Of a stretch of 64,000 bases of DNA, positions 1-13,435 are shown in pieces. Origin of the DNA: Eledone cirrhosa (Eukaryota); NCBI GenBank assembly GCA_964016885.1, contig OZ024741.1:49414001-49478000 (forward strand). The letters run 5' to 3'. The stretch's first letter is position 1, and the number at the start of each line of letters is the position of its first letter. A program made the translations under genes and the position numbers. The notes under the pieces were generated by a model that was not told the origin of the DNA, made no database searches, and saw only the letters and a program-made list of their open reading frames with translations.

Positions 1-480
<480 letters not shown>

Positions 481-563
481 ATAGATAAATAACACGGGTG
501 TGTATGATTGTGTATAGAAGATTATATGTTGAAAATTGCAAACTTGACTGTCACCACACATTA

Positions 564-602
564 TGAACCTGAAGATTGCGAAAGCATGAAAGTACTTGTT
601 CA
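564..602 (+). ncRNA. Minimal type I hammerhead ribozyme motif
   Basis: TGAAC-CTGAAGA-tTGCgaaaGCAt-GAAA-gtac-T-T-GTTCA: 5-bp stem I, intact core, palindromic helix III (AGTACT). Confidence 0.75.
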
Positions 603-737
603 ATTAACACTTAACATTTAATATTCTATCATACTATTTCATTCTAATACCATTATAAATTTTAAAGGATTGTAAATAAAACGAGTAAATCAGACAAAGT
701 TGGAATTCCTCTTATTAATATATATATATATATATAT

Positions 738-893
738 CAGAAAGTGAGGTTTTTTTTACAAAATGAAAAATAACCGAGGTGTCCTACACGAGTGAAAGTA
801 TAAAGAAAAAGAGATGAAATCGAAAATGCAACTGGAGTCTTATTTTTAAAAAAAATAAGACTCCAGTTGCATTTTCGATTTCATCTCTTTTTA
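738..893 (-). mobile_element. Short pLTR-like element with fold-back palindrome, same family as 24650-24958
   Basis: About 801-893 is a near-perfect inverted repeat; 738-845 matches 24652-24760; flanked by (AT)n. Confidence 0.7.
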
Positions 894-1380
894 TATATAT
901 ATATAACATATATATAATATATATGTATATATATGTCAGGTCGCTCTCGAGTGCTACTGGTAAGATGTAACCCAATACAACCTATCTCATGGTCGGGTCG
1001 ACGGTGACTAAATCGGCAACCTCACCAAGCTAGCTTGGTGAGGGGGGGGGGGGTGATATTTGGACACCTTACGAGATGAAATACAAGAGCCAGCATAGGG
1101 CGGAGGAACTCGGCAAAGTGAACGTCCATCCAAATAGTTTATTTTGTGTACATACGGAGAGGTCAAACTCCGGGGCATAAACAGCTGAGGGCTGTCGTTG
1201 TATTTTCCGTGGCAAACATTGTCACCGAAGATATGTGTCGTCAGTTCCAAAAAGTGAGGTTGGTTCTACACAAGCCTTCACCACTTAAGACAAAACTTTG
1301 TGTGGGTAGTTCAACATCAGTTCACTTTCTCACATTTAACCTTTGTTGGACACTCAAACGTCGGATATCGACGGGAGAGT

Positions 1381-1441
<61 letters not shown>

Positions 1442-1671
1442 GTATATATATTTATACATACATGTGTATATATACATGTATATATATATATATACATATA
1501 TGTGTATATACATATGTATATAATATATGTATGTATATTTATATATATATATACATATATACATACATACATATATTATATACATATATATATACACACA
1601 TATTATATATATATTATATATATATACATATTATATATATATATATATATATATATACATACATATATTAT

Positions 1672-1737
<66 letters not shown>

Positions 1738-1829
1738 TATATATATATTATATATATATATACATATTATATATATATATATATATACATACATATATTA
1801 TGTACATAGATATATATATATATACACAC

Positions 1830-1995
<166 letters not shown>

Positions 1996-2022
1996 CATAT
2001 ATGAATATATATATATATATAA

Positions 2023-2345
2023 TATAAAGCGAAAAATCAGTGATGCATCTGGACTCAGTTTATTGTGTGTTACAATTGTTTCGCCGGCAGATAGCTCGAG
2101 ACACGATCATTTTATGGATCTGTCTGATTCTAGATCTGCAGGTTCTTCGGACACATGTAATACTTTCGGAACAAATTTTCTCACTGGGGTGTTGGCTTCA
2201 AAAAACATCTTCCTCTCTTGTCTTGCCATTGCCTGTTGTTTTTCTACGTCATCATAAATTCTGGTCAATGTTTGCTGCCATACTGGCCATCAGCTACTCC
2301 CCGTCCGACACACTTCAATGGACTCATGCTAGGTTTCGTATTTCA
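2023..2345 (-). mobile_element. Degraded PLE 3' end with degenerate HHR (2067-2154)
   Basis: Minus strand GTGT-CCGAAGA-long stem II-GAAA-CAATTG-TA-ACAC; 2023-2096 matches 13709-13787 in reverse. Confidence 0.55.
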
Positions 2346-3313
2346 CAAGTCTGCTCACACACACATATATACCCACACATACACACACACATATATACAC
2401 ATACACACACACGCGCACAAATACATATATACGCATACACATATGTACACACACATATGTACATATACACACCCATATACATATACATACACACTCTCTC
2501 TCTCACACACACCCACACACGCTCACGACCATATACATACCAACATACAAGTCCACAGGCGCCTGCCTATATGCTCTCGTACATCCGCACGCACACGCAC
2601 ACACACGCACGTACACACATACAAGGACACATAGCTGCGTACGCGTACATTTGCTCATATACACAAACACGTACGGACATATATACATAGACACACACAC
2701 GCACATATACACGCCTGTCCTTATAGAGAAGCACAAAGACAGAGACGCTCCCAAAGACACATACACACATATACATATATATGAATAGCCCCTGTTTATT
2801 TTAACATGTCTATTGAGCACTCTTATTCGATATGTGTTTTTGCCACACTTTTCCGAATATTTTTGCGGATATAAAGGTTATCTCCCTTGCTGAAATCCAT
2901 GTGCGTATTTTTAGCCTGGGTCTTGTCTTTCTATCCATTCGGAAGAAGCTCGTTGATGAAGTAACTCCAGTCCCCCGCCGTCTGTAAGTCTTATATTTTT
3001 ATATGAGCTGATAGATGACGGTTTAAGGATTTACAGAAACCCAAGAAGCTAGATATTCCATCTCTCTAGTGGGTCCGGGTATGCATTTTACATTCATTTC
3101 ATTTATTGATTTATTGATAATTTATCTGAGTGTCCCGAATCTTCCATATCGAACTTATCGGTTATTTGGTTGATTGTAGACATATTCTACGTGTGACGGT
3201 ATTTAACGATAGTTATAGCTCTAATTTATTTGAATTATAGAGCCCTCTGCCGCTCATCTCGAATTTTGTTTATCGTGAACTCGTGCGCCGATTTTTCGAT
3301 ACTCGATTATTCT

Positions 3314-3411
<98 letters not shown>

Positions 3412-3792
3412 TGCATATGTACACGCACATAAACATACTCACAAACAATCCCTACCCTATGTAGGTGCACATACACACACATACACCCCACACACTCACT
3501 GGCTCATATACATTCCAACAAATACGCGCCCAATTACCGCCGTGTCCACGTACATCCACAAAGAAGACACACGCACACATGTATATATCTCTGTCCGTAC
3601 CCCAATGTGATATACTCAGTCATATAAATCTGCACAAAATGTCATACAGGGTCATCCATGTTCATACAGTGTCATCCTGTTATACATGCACACATATAAA
3701 CCATGTAACCATATACATACATCCATACACAAACATGCAGGCATACATACACACATATAAATGAATAAATAAGTAAATAGAAAAATAAATAA

Positions 3793-3829
<37 letters not shown>

Positions 3830-3878
3830 CACACATATATATACACATATACATATACATATATGCACATACACACAC

Positions 3879-3926
<48 letters not shown>

Positions 3927-4081
3927 ATACACACATACATACACGCACACACACACACATATATATATATAACGGCGATGAATTAGTTTTGCGAGGTTTT
4001 TGATATGAAATCGTGTGTCGAAACAAATATTGTTATACTTGGGTAGAGTCATATTTGTGTAATATTGGCAGAATTAATAAC

Positions 4082-4260
4082 TGTTTCTACTTTAGGCACA
4101 AGGCCAGCAAATACCCAGTGCATTACTGGTACTTTATTTTATCGACCCCGTAAGGATGAAAGGCAAAGTCAACCTCGGCGGGATTTGAACTCAGATCGTA
4201 AAGGGACGTAACTATGCTGGAAAGCATGGCGTCCGACCCTCTACCGATACTGCCAATCCA
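4082..4260 (-). mobile_element. tRNA-derived SINE (MetaSINE-like core) inserted into the PLE pLTR
   Basis: A box TGGCAGTATCGG, B box GAGTTCAAATCC, core GCCTTTCATCCTTACGGGGTCGATAAAATAAAGTACCAG; ~17-bp TSD TTG(G/C)CAGAATTAATAAC. Confidence 0.9.
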
Positions 4261-4426
4261 TTGCCAGAATTAATAACAGAACACACTCACTGTTTGGTTG
4301 GTTTTCGCTTTTCGCTTCTGTGTCTTTTATATCGGTTAATTTAATTTATTCCGTCCTCAATGCCATTGACTGACAAACGGTTAAAAATACAGATACAATA
4401 TAGACACAAACACATATATATAGTTT

Positions 4427-4468
4427 ATCAAAGTTCTTTCGTTGCACATCTGCAACATCGTCAGTGGT
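4427..4468 (-). ncRNA. HHR motif in PLE 3' pLTR
   Basis: CTGACGA-t-GTTGCA gatg TGCAAC-GAAA-gaac-T-T; stem I weak. Confidence 0.65.
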
Positions 4469-4698
4469 GCTATTATTTCCTCCCGTTGCATTGTATTTTC
4501 TACGCCATCTTTATTTAGTCTGTTTATATATTTATTTATTTGTTTATTTTTTGTCTTCTTTGCGCATGCGTTTGCGTGTGTGTATAGTGTTTTGTTTGAT
4601 GTGTGTTCGTGATTGGGTGACTGTGTATTGGTTAATGTATTCTATCTTTACTAGTGTGTGTTTATATGTGTTTCTTGTTATTGTGCTTGTGTATGTAT

Positions 4699-4726
<28 letters not shown>

Positions 4727-4729
<3 letters not shown>

Positions 4730-7700
4730 TACTTCTCTTAGATCAGTGTTGTTATTCCATTCATTTTTTCTGGTTAGCCTTGGCCTTCTAAGTTCTATTT
4801 CACTGGCCTCCCTGATTTGCCTATCTGCTGGGTCATTTCTATGTTTAGATATTATTCTAATTTCTATATTGTCTATGTTACCGTCGTGTGGTTGTCTAGC
4901 ATGTTCGTATAGTACTGAACTGTTTTTTCGTCCTTTTAGTTCCCCCCAGTGTTGGTCTATCCTTTCACATATGCTACGAGCTGTCTCGCCTATGTATGTT
5001 GTTGTCATGTTTCTGCAAGAACCCTCTGTACATCTTATGCTATAGACTACGTTTCTAGTTTTACAGTTTATCCGGGGTTTACCTTACATATGATACATTT
5101 CCTATTAGTACAGTGGGTTTTCTTAAAAGGGTAGGTTTTGCTGATCAGGGATTTTATGGTGGTTCCTGGCTTTTCTACCACCTTAATCTTTAAGTGAGTC
5201 TTTCTCAGGGCCTTTCTACACTGGTTAGCTAATTTCCCTCCAGGGGTAGCGTCCACAAACATGACACTCTGGTATCTCTGGTTGTCGTACCATGAGGTCG
5301 CTTTCCCTATCTTATGTCTAGCCCTATCTAAGCTATTCCATGATTTGCTCCTGTATAATGGGCAAATTCCTTTCATGTCCAGTTCTATGAGGGTCTTATA
5401 CTTCTCCGTGGCTCCTTCGTATACTCTGATTCTGTCTCTTTGGTTGTAGCCAGAGAACTGCATGCGGTTGATGACGTGTTGGGTGTGTCTTTCCATTTCT
5501 GTTGGGTCGCACATGCGGGACACGTTCTTCATCACTCGTACCAAGTCTGCGAATATTAAACTTAGCACTACTGGACATTGCTGAGTTTTTGGTATTTTGA
5601 GTATCAGGTATTTGGAGACCATGGGTTTAGCATAGTGTGAGTGGAGAATTTGGGCTCTCTCGTCTATAGTGTTAATCCAGAGTTCCGTGTCTAATACAGG
5701 TAGTCTATTGTTAGGGTGTTTGGAAGGGTAGTCGATAGTTACAGTTATACTCTGGTGTATGGAATTAGCTATCTTCTGGATGCTTTCCATTGTGCTACGT
5801 TCTAAATCAAACTTGTTAGTGCTCTCTTGTGGGGGATGTTCTTATAACTATATTGATATCGTCTACGTAACGAGAGTACATGATGAGGTCTATGGAGCTC
5901 TCATTAAGGAGATCTTTAAGTCTCCTTTGCCACCATACCATAAAAAGGTTGGCAACGTCACCAGCTATGCTGACGCCAATGGCTGCTCCCTCATTTTGGG
6001 TGTAGATCTTCTCGTTGAACTTGAATATGTGGCCCTTTAGGGTAGTTTTGATACTAGCCCCTATTGCATGTGCGACCATTTTTCTTACCTGATCATTGTT
6101 TTGGGGGGTTCGTATAGCTTTGGTCCACCCAATCCACCTTCCCATGGGAGTCTTTTTAGCCATTGAGGTTATGGTGGGGGTCTACCTCTTATGGGTCTAC
6201 TGGGGCAGAAACGTCTAAGGTCATGGCTGTCTAGGTAGTCAGTGTCGTAGGTAAGTCTAAGTAGGAGGCCCAGTTCATCTGTGTCGACGTCGCAGAACTC
6301 CACCTCACTCTCAATGATTATCACCACACATTTTTCCACAGCAAAATCAATGTTAATGGATGGTTACAGTGATACCACATCCATGCTGCCTATTATGCAG
6401 TTGGATAGGTTCCTGTTTTTATTGCACTCACTGATTCTGCTGAGGAGATCCTCTGAACTGTCACATACATCTGGGGACATCTTGATTATGGGGCGTATAA
6501 CCATTGAGAGGAAGTAGGAGATCCTGTAGTTGCTAGCTATATTTGCTCCGCATACGGGTCTTGTTGGTGGTCCGGTTGTCGGGTCGTCGACTGTCTTGTG
6601 GTCTTTGCGGTGCCCATACAAGGGTGGTATGCCATTGTTAGACGCCTGGAAGTTGTTGGCAGTGCGTCTGCTTGGCTTTAGGATGTCGGTCCACATCATC
6701 ATGTGAGCGTTGAGGATTTTCTCTCTCACATCATGTATTTGCTGTGCAATTTCGCTCGTGTTGGTGATGCGGGTTGCATAGCCTTGATGTAGTTCGGCAT
6801 GCTGTCTATTGACATCCTACCAGACTTATCCGTGGGTAGACATACTACCTCACCATCCCTTGTGCGCTGCTTGAAGCTAACCAAACCTACAGGTTTCCTC
6901 CCAAGTTATTGGACCTCTGGTCTGCTCTGTCTCTTAGTATACCGGTATACTATTTGTCTAATCTTATTTCTAGCTCTGGTGAACTGTGCCTCTGCCTCGT
7001 CATCTATTTGTTGTGGTATGCAAACTCTTTTATTAAAGGGTAACCTCGTAGGATAGATATTACCCATATTATGTTTTGTCAGCTGGGTTGAAGAATAGTT
7101 TCTCTAAGGGGTTGTCATTATATCTATCGTCATAGTTGTGTGTTGCTATTATTGTTATTATGGTGGTTGTTGTTGTTCCTATCATTAGCATTATTATTAT
7201 TGTTATGATTGTTAGATGTATTGTTGCTGTGATTGTTAGATGTATTGTTGTTGTTTTCTCCACTGTTATTGTTGTTGTTACTGTTATTTCTACCATTGTG
7301 GTTGTTACTTTTATTATCTTTCTTGTTTTTGTTGTGTCTATCATTAATGTTGCTACATGTATTATTTCTATTATTACCACTGTGGTTGTTGTTGTTGTTA
7401 TTCGTATTGTTACCGTTATTACTACTGTGGTTGCTGCTGCTGTGTCTGTAGATAATGTTTCTATTATTATTATTATTGTGGTTGTTGTTGTTGTTCTGTC
7501 TATCGTTAATATTATTACCATTATTACTATTTCTCACTCTCCTGCTATTGTTATTGTTATGACTATTACTATTATAGCTGTTATTTCTATACTCAGAGTT
7601 ATTATTTATATTACTACTACCGTTATTATTGTTGTTGTTGTCCGTATAGTTGTTGTTGTTGTTGTTGTTTACTTTTGCATTCCAACGTATTTTTGTGAAA

Positions 7701-8318
7701 CACTTTTCCAGCTCCTTTTTGCACTCAATAGGGTTAATCTTTTTGTAGATAGCAAATTTTGGTGGTAGCTGCAGGATTTGTTGTTCTTGTTCGCTGATTA
7801 AAGTGTTCCCATAAATATTTACTGTGTGATCATTGGTAAATTCTTCCGGTAGTTTTACATCAGTCATACGGATATTGTTGATGTCATCTAGGTATTTTTG
7901 AGAATATTCTATTTTCCTTTCTTGTAGTTTTGTTCTTATTCATCCATTCTAATTTCTTATTGAAATGCCTATTGCATTCGTTTCGGGCGTATTTCGTTTC
8001 ACGTCGAATGACGCTCATGAAGTCATCCCTCTCGTTTGGTGTGGTGAGATTTCGGACTTCCTTACCGTTAATGCGTTTCTGTCTGTAAAGTTCGTTAACT
8101 TTTGTGTATGTTGTTCTTTTCATATTAACTGTTATTGTGTGTTTTAGTCGTTCAGCTTGTGTTTTGTTCAATAATAAATTATTAACTTGTTTTGATATGT
8201 TTGTTGTGTATATTTTGGGGGTAACACAGTGTTTTAAGAAGCGGATTTGTTCTGTTGTTATTGTAGTTTTTATATAACAGAAAACAGTGTCTTTCAGCTT
8301 GGCACAAGCTAATGCCAT
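4727..8318 (-). pseudogene. Disrupted PLE polyprotein (~1200 codons) with Asn-rich tract at ~7130-7670
   Basis: ORFs 7884..8318, 7130..7867, 6364..6729, 5816..6163, 5068..5790 and 4727..5008 lie in different frames and are collinear with ORF 11477..13465. Confidence 0.88.
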
Positions 8319-8500
8319 AACGGCGATGAATTAGTTTTGCGAGGTTTTTGATATGACGAACACACGTCAAACAAAACACTATACACACACGCAAACGCAT
8401 GCGCAAAGAAGACAAAAAAAAAAAAATAAATAAATAAATATATAAACAGACTAAATAAAGATGGCGTAGAAAATACAATGCAACGGGAGGAAACAATAGC

Positions 8501-8542
8501 ACTGCTGACGATGTTGCAGATGTGCAACGAAAGAACTTTGAT
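8501..8542 (+). ncRNA. HHR motif in inverted pLTR
   Basis: Same core as 4427-4468 on the opposite strand. Confidence 0.6.
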
Positions 8543-8740
8543 AAACTATATATATGTGTCTGTGTCTATATTGCATCTGTATTTTTGACCGTTGGTCAGT
8601 CAATGGCAACATTGAGGACCGCATAAATTTGATTACCGATATAAAAGACACAGAAGCGAAAAGCGAAAACCAACCAAACAGTGAGTGTGTTCTGTTATTA
8701 ATTCTGGCAATATTACACAAATATGACCCTCCCCAAGTAT

Positions 8741-8795
<55 letters not shown>

Positions 8796-8887
8796 TATAT
8801 ATATACACACACATACACACATATATATATATATATATATATCTACATGCATACACACCCATATATATATATATATATATATACATA

Positions 8888-8927
<40 letters not shown>

Positions 8928-9186
8928 CATACACACATACGCCTACACATATACACACATAAAAACAATAAAATAAATATACAATATACAATAAAATAAA
9001 AATACAATATACAGTAGAATAGATATATAAAAAAATAAATATACAATAAAATAAATATACAATAATCCATACCCATTCCAGTAACATATACATATATATA
9101 TATATACACACACATACATATACACACACACATACACACGCACACACACATATATATATATTCCGTTTACCAATATATATATATAT

Positions 9187-9277
<91 letters not shown>

Positions 9278-9284
9278 CATATAT

Positions 9285-9323
<39 letters not shown>

Positions 9324-9402
9324 CATACACACACACATATACATACGCACACGTCTACGCATATACACACATATAAAAACAATAAAATAAATTTACGATA
9401 TA

Positions 9403-10287
9403 TTAAAATACATTAAAATATGCATATAACGTTACATAGAGATATATAAAAAAGAGGGGAGAAAGGAGAAGGTACATGTATTCGTGTGATATACCACACA
9501 TGGGGAGTATGAGATGCACACTTAGGTCTGTGTACGGAACAAACAATAATAAGTGTTCCAAAGTGGAACACGTGGAGATTATGTATTCACGATTGAAGAG
9601 GTACACAGTCATGTGGGCGCGTAGCCCGGTCATATTGGGGTATGTCACTGTGGATGCGGTGTGTTGTCCTATAGGTGTAGGGTACTTGACTGAACGGCCG
9701 TGGAATCCGGCTCAGCCTGTCCCGGCGCAGGCGATGTTCCTGCCTAAGGTGACGTGCATCTTGGGTTATTTTGGTTTACCCCACGGGGCATATAATGTGA
9801 TCAGGGTATGGTGTCTGGTCCCTTAAACCCGTTTCGTCGCTCAGGTCGGTGCATGCTCCGGCGCATGCCCTTAGCCTGGGTTTCCCGGAGGATTCCATGC
9901 GGCGAATGTGCACCTTCTGTGGTGTCTGCAGGTCATAATAATTTCAGATTTCAGGTTGACCGCGTCATCCTTCAGTCTGACTATCTCCATGGCCTCGTAG
10001 AGGCATAATCTGCACTTTCTACTTCCAGCCGAGTATGCATTCGCGTGCCGAGCGATACTCCAGTCAAGGTCCCACACCAGGTCCGCTAACCTAGTGGAGT
10101 GCCTCTTGCTTCGGTCCTTGAAGGAGTTCGTGTGGTTATACATCCGCGATTTAAAGGTCGTGGATGTTGCGCCGATGTAGGTGCGTTTTATAATTTGGGT
10201 TCTAACCACACATTTGTATACCAGGACCTTCGTCAGGCATTTTCCCCGTAGGGAGCACTGGGTGCCCGCTCTGCAGTTACATGTTCA
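9403..10287 (-). mobile_element. 5'-truncated PLE, Hydra-type GIY-YIG endonuclease end plus 3' region
   Basis: CNCRAGTQCSLRGKCLTKVLVYKC...YIGATSTTFKSRMYNHTNSF...CRLCLYE...KSEIIMTCRH; ORF 9871..10209 extends upstream to ~10284; clade name is inference. Confidence 0.8.
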
Positions 10288-10348
10288 ATAGTTACTTCGT
10301 TCGCTTCTGACGCCTGGCCCTCGATCTGATAGGGCTCTCTCACGATTC

Positions 10349-10380
<32 letters not shown>

Positions 10381-10742
10381 CCGTTGGATGTGCAATGTCA
10401 ATGTGCGTGAACGACGAAGCATATATGAGAGAGAAACTGGGTATAAGAGAGATAGGTTGTGGTGTGCAGGAGAGAATACTGAGATGGTATGGGCATGTGA
10501 TGCGCATGGAGGATGACCGCTGGGTAAAGAAGTGCCAAGAAATGCCAGTAGAAGGAAGACGCAGTAGAGGAAGACCACGAAAAACATGGGCGGAGGTGAT
10601 GAGAGCAGACCTAGATCGATGAAACTCACCGAGGAGATGACGAAGGGCCGTGACTAGTGGAGAGATGCTGTGCTGAATAGGACCTGTCCCACCCTTTCAA
10701 GCAGGGAAAAGCGGACGTAAAATGATGATGATGATAATGATG

Positions 10743-10748
<6 letters not shown>
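10381..10748 (+). mobile_element. RTE-clade LINE 3' end
   Basis: LRWYGHVMRM...GRRSRGRPRKTW followed by a (TGA)n tail. Confidence 0.88.
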
Positions 10749-10814
<66 letters not shown>

Positions 10815-11232
10815 AAATTTAGTACAGCATCATCGAAGCTCTGGTTGCAGCCAAGCTAACGTAACGAATGCAACGAATGCAATCTCGGTGTGCAGCTAAG
10901 CACTCAATAAGGTATATTACCCTAGAGTTATAACATTACGTTTAGACAGCTTTGCAAATTGAAGACAGCGACCGATAGACGGATATATATATATATAAAT
11001 ATATATATATCGTTTCTGAATTTGTTTAGCAAGATTCTTTATCTGAAATCGTGTGTTGAAACCGATATTGTTATACTTTGGGAGGGTCATGTTGCCAATA
11101 AGAAACACACGCACCAGTTGCTTTCACTTCAATTTATTATAATAAATTTATAATAAATTTATAATAAATTTATAAATTTATAAATTTCTGGTTGGTTGGT
11201 TGGTTCCACAACCAGATAGTTGTTTATATATT

Positions 11233-11275
11233 GTCATAGTTCTTTCGTCACACACTCTGTGACCTCTTCAGTGAC
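11233..11275 (-). ncRNA. Type I HHR in PLE pLTR
   Basis: GTCA-CTGAAGA-g-GTCAC agagtgt GTGAC-GAAA-gaac-T-A-TGAC; all stems pair. Confidence 0.8.
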
Positions 11276-11476
11276 TGGGGATTCCTTTCTTTGTTTTTGT
11301 GCCTCTCCTTTGTTCTGTCCTACGCCATTTTGTTTCTGTGTGTGTGTTGTGTGCTCAGTCTGCGCATGCGCCACATCCGGGTGTCTGTGTGTGTTTATGT
11401 TCATTTATTTATTTGTTTATTTACATGTTACTGGTTGGTTGTTTGTTCTATGTGTGTGTGTGTTTTCATTTTGTCC

Positions 11477-13435
11477 TTAATTGTAAGTTGTGATGTTGCT
11501 GTTCCACTCATATTTTCTATTTAATTTTGGTTGTAATTCTTTTATGTTTATTGCCTCTGTGATTTGTCTAAACATTGCGTCTTTTCTGTGTGTAGATTCT
11601 ATTTTTATTTCTATGTTCTCTAATTTACCCTTGTGTTCTATTTTAGCATGTTGGTAGAGTACAGATGATTCTTTACTATCTTGAAGGTCTCGCCAGTGTT
11701 CATTTATCCGTTCCCCTACACTATGAGCTGTCTCACCTATGTACACTATATTTTTGTCTCTACATTGTCCTTCAGTACATCTTATGCTATACACTACATT
11801 TCTAGTTTTACAGTTAATATGGGGGCTTATTTTACAGGTTATACATTTCTTATCTATACATGAGGGTCTTTGAAAAGGGTATATCTTGCTAATAAGTGTT
11901 TTTACGGAGGTACCTGGTCTTTCTACTATCTTAATATTGAGTTTATGTTTATTTAGGGCCCTTCTAAATTTGTAAGCTAATTCACCTTTAGGGGTTGTAT
12001 CGATGAACATTACACTCTGGTATTTATTGCTATCATACCATGAGTTTATTCTATTAGCCTTGTTCCTAGTTCTTTCTATTCTATTCCAAAATTTGCTCCT
12101 ATACAAGGGGCAGGTCCCATTTATGTCATTATTTACCATTTTTTCCCATTTGGTTCTGGCTCCTCTATACACTCTGATTTTATCTCTCTGATTGTAGCCA
12201 GAGAACTGCATACAGTGGATGAAGTGTTGTATGTGTCTCTCTAGTTCTTCGGGGTTGCACATGCGGGACACATTTCTCATCACCCGTACCAAATCCGCAA
12301 TCAGTATGTTGATTTTGGTATGGTCCGAAATGGCCGAGTTTCGGTGGATCAGATGTTTGGAAGTCATGGGTTTGGCATAATGGGAATGGAGGATTTGTTT
12401 TTTTTTGTTAATGGTATCTAACCAGAGCTCTGTGTCTAGTACAGGTAATCGATGGTTGGGGTGTTTACTTGGGTAGTCTATAGTAACTCTAATGCTCTGG
12501 TGGATGGAGTTTGCTATTTGCTGGATGCTTTCCATTGTGTTTTTCTCTAGTTCCTGACTGTTCTCTAGTGGGGGTGTCTTAACTACGATGTTTATATCAT
12601 CTACGTAGCGGGAGTACATTATCAGGGTTAAGGGGTCTTCTAATTGTTCTTTAAGTTTAAGTTTAAGTCTACTGTCCCACCATACCATGAATAAGTTAGC
12701 TATGTCGCCTGCAATGCTAACACCAATGGCTGCTCCTTCCTCTTGGGCATATGTTTTTCCATTAAATTTGAACATATGTTCCTTAAGGGTTAGTTTTATG
12801 CTGGCCCCTACCGCATGTGCAATCATTTTCTTCAGTTCATCGTGGTTTTCGGGTGTCCGTATGGCTCTGGTCCACCCGTTCCATCTATCTGTGTGGGTTT
12901 TCTTGGCCATTGAGGTAATGGTAGGTGGTCTGCCTCTTGCTGGTCTTGTAGGGCACAGGTTGCTAAGGTCATATGTATCTAGGTAATTATTACTATAGGT
13001 AAGCTTAAGTAGGAGTCCCAGCTCACTGGTATCAATCCCACGGAACTCAACCTTGCTCTCACTGATCATTTCTACGCATTTCTCCACAGCAAAATCCACG
13101 TCAATAGATGGATACAGGGACACAACATCCATACTGCCTATTATGCAGTTTGTTAGGTCCCCAGATCGGTTACTCACGCCGATTCTGCTGAGGAGGTCCT
13201 CCGTGCTGTCACATACATCTGGGGACATTTCAATGATGGGGCGTATGATCAGGGAGAGGAAGTAGGACAGTCTGTAGTTACTAGCAATGTTAGCTCCACA
13301 GACTGGCCGTGTTGGTGGTCCAGCGACAGGGTCACAGCCCGTTTTATGGTCTTTTCGAAGCCCATACAACGCCGGCACGTCATTGTTCCAGGCCTGGAAG
13401 TTGTTGGCAGTCCTTTTGTTGGGCTGCATTATATT
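11477..13435 (-). CDS. PLE reverse transcriptase + GIY-YIG endonuclease (N-truncated, open frame)
   Basis: GSMDVVSLYPSI, QEEGAAIG, YSRYVDDI, LPVLD, CxxxxCxxC, NVVYSIRC, YIGET, QHAKIEH; the first ~10 aa of the track ORF are flank. Confidence 0.92.
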   Translation of the reverse strand, partial: NIMQPNKRTANNFQAWNNDVPALYGLRKDHKTGCDPVAGPPTRPVCGANIASNYRLSYFLSLIIRPIIEMSPDVCDSTEDLLSRIGVSNRSGDLTNCIIGSMDVVSLYPSIDVDFAVEKCVEMISESKVEFRGIDTSELGLLLKLTYSNNYLDTYDLSNLCPTRPARGRPPTITSMAKKTHTDRWNGWTRAIRTPENHDELKKMIAHAVGASIKLTLKEHMFKFNGKTYAQEEGAAIGVSIAGDIANLFMVWWDSRLKLKLKEQLEDPLTLIMYSRYVDDINIVVKTPPLENSQELEKNTMESIQQIANSIHQSIRVTIDYPSKHPNHRLPVLDTELWLDTINKKKQILHSHYAKPMTSKHLIHRNSAISDHTKINILIADLVRVMRNVSRMCNPEELERHIQHFIHCMQFSGYNQRDKIRVYRGARTKWEKMVNNDINGTCPLYRSKFWNRIERTRNKANRINSWYDSNKYQSVMFIDTTPKGELAYKFRRALNKHKLNIKIVERPGTSVKTLISKIYPFQRPSCIDKKCITCKISPHINCKTRNVVYSIRCTEGQCRDKNIVYIGETAHSVGERINEHWRDLQDSKESSVLYQHAKIEHKGKLENIEIKIESTHRKDAMFRQITEAINIKELQPKLNRKYEWNSNITTYN

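Larger units (their letters stand above)
3972..8746 (-). mobile_element. Full-length, frameshifted Penelope-like element (RT + C-terminal GIY-YIG), 3' pLTR 3972-4726, inverted pLTR 8356-8746
   Basis: ORF pieces 8318->4727 with PTDKSG, GSMDVVSL, EGAAIG, YSRYVDDI, YIGETAR, EHARQPH; 3972-4008 repeated at 8319-8356 directly before the ATG; both ends in (AT)n. Confidence 0.93.
11010..13435 (-). mobile_element. 5'-truncated PLE, sister family of 3972-8746
   Basis: Uninterrupted RT-EN ORF plus pLTR 11010-11476 homologous to 3972-4726. Confidence 0.93.

Noticed and set aside
2820-3315. Possible decayed Tc1 transposase on the minus strand
   Set aside because: Only vague similarity (ISAREI) with several stops; not supportable
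7136-7768. Hydrophobic Val/Ile membrane-protein-like ORF
   Set aside because: Antisense reading of the AAC/AAT tract in the PLE
4727-8318. Selenoprotein recoding (as in Naiad PLEs) to explain the broken ORF
   Set aside because: Breaks are frameshifts that differ between the two copies, and the sister ORF 11477-13435 is open without TGA
9820-9850. HHR in the Hydra-type PLE 3' region (CTGAGCGACGAAAC, minus strand)
   Set aside because: No stem II and no convincing stem I
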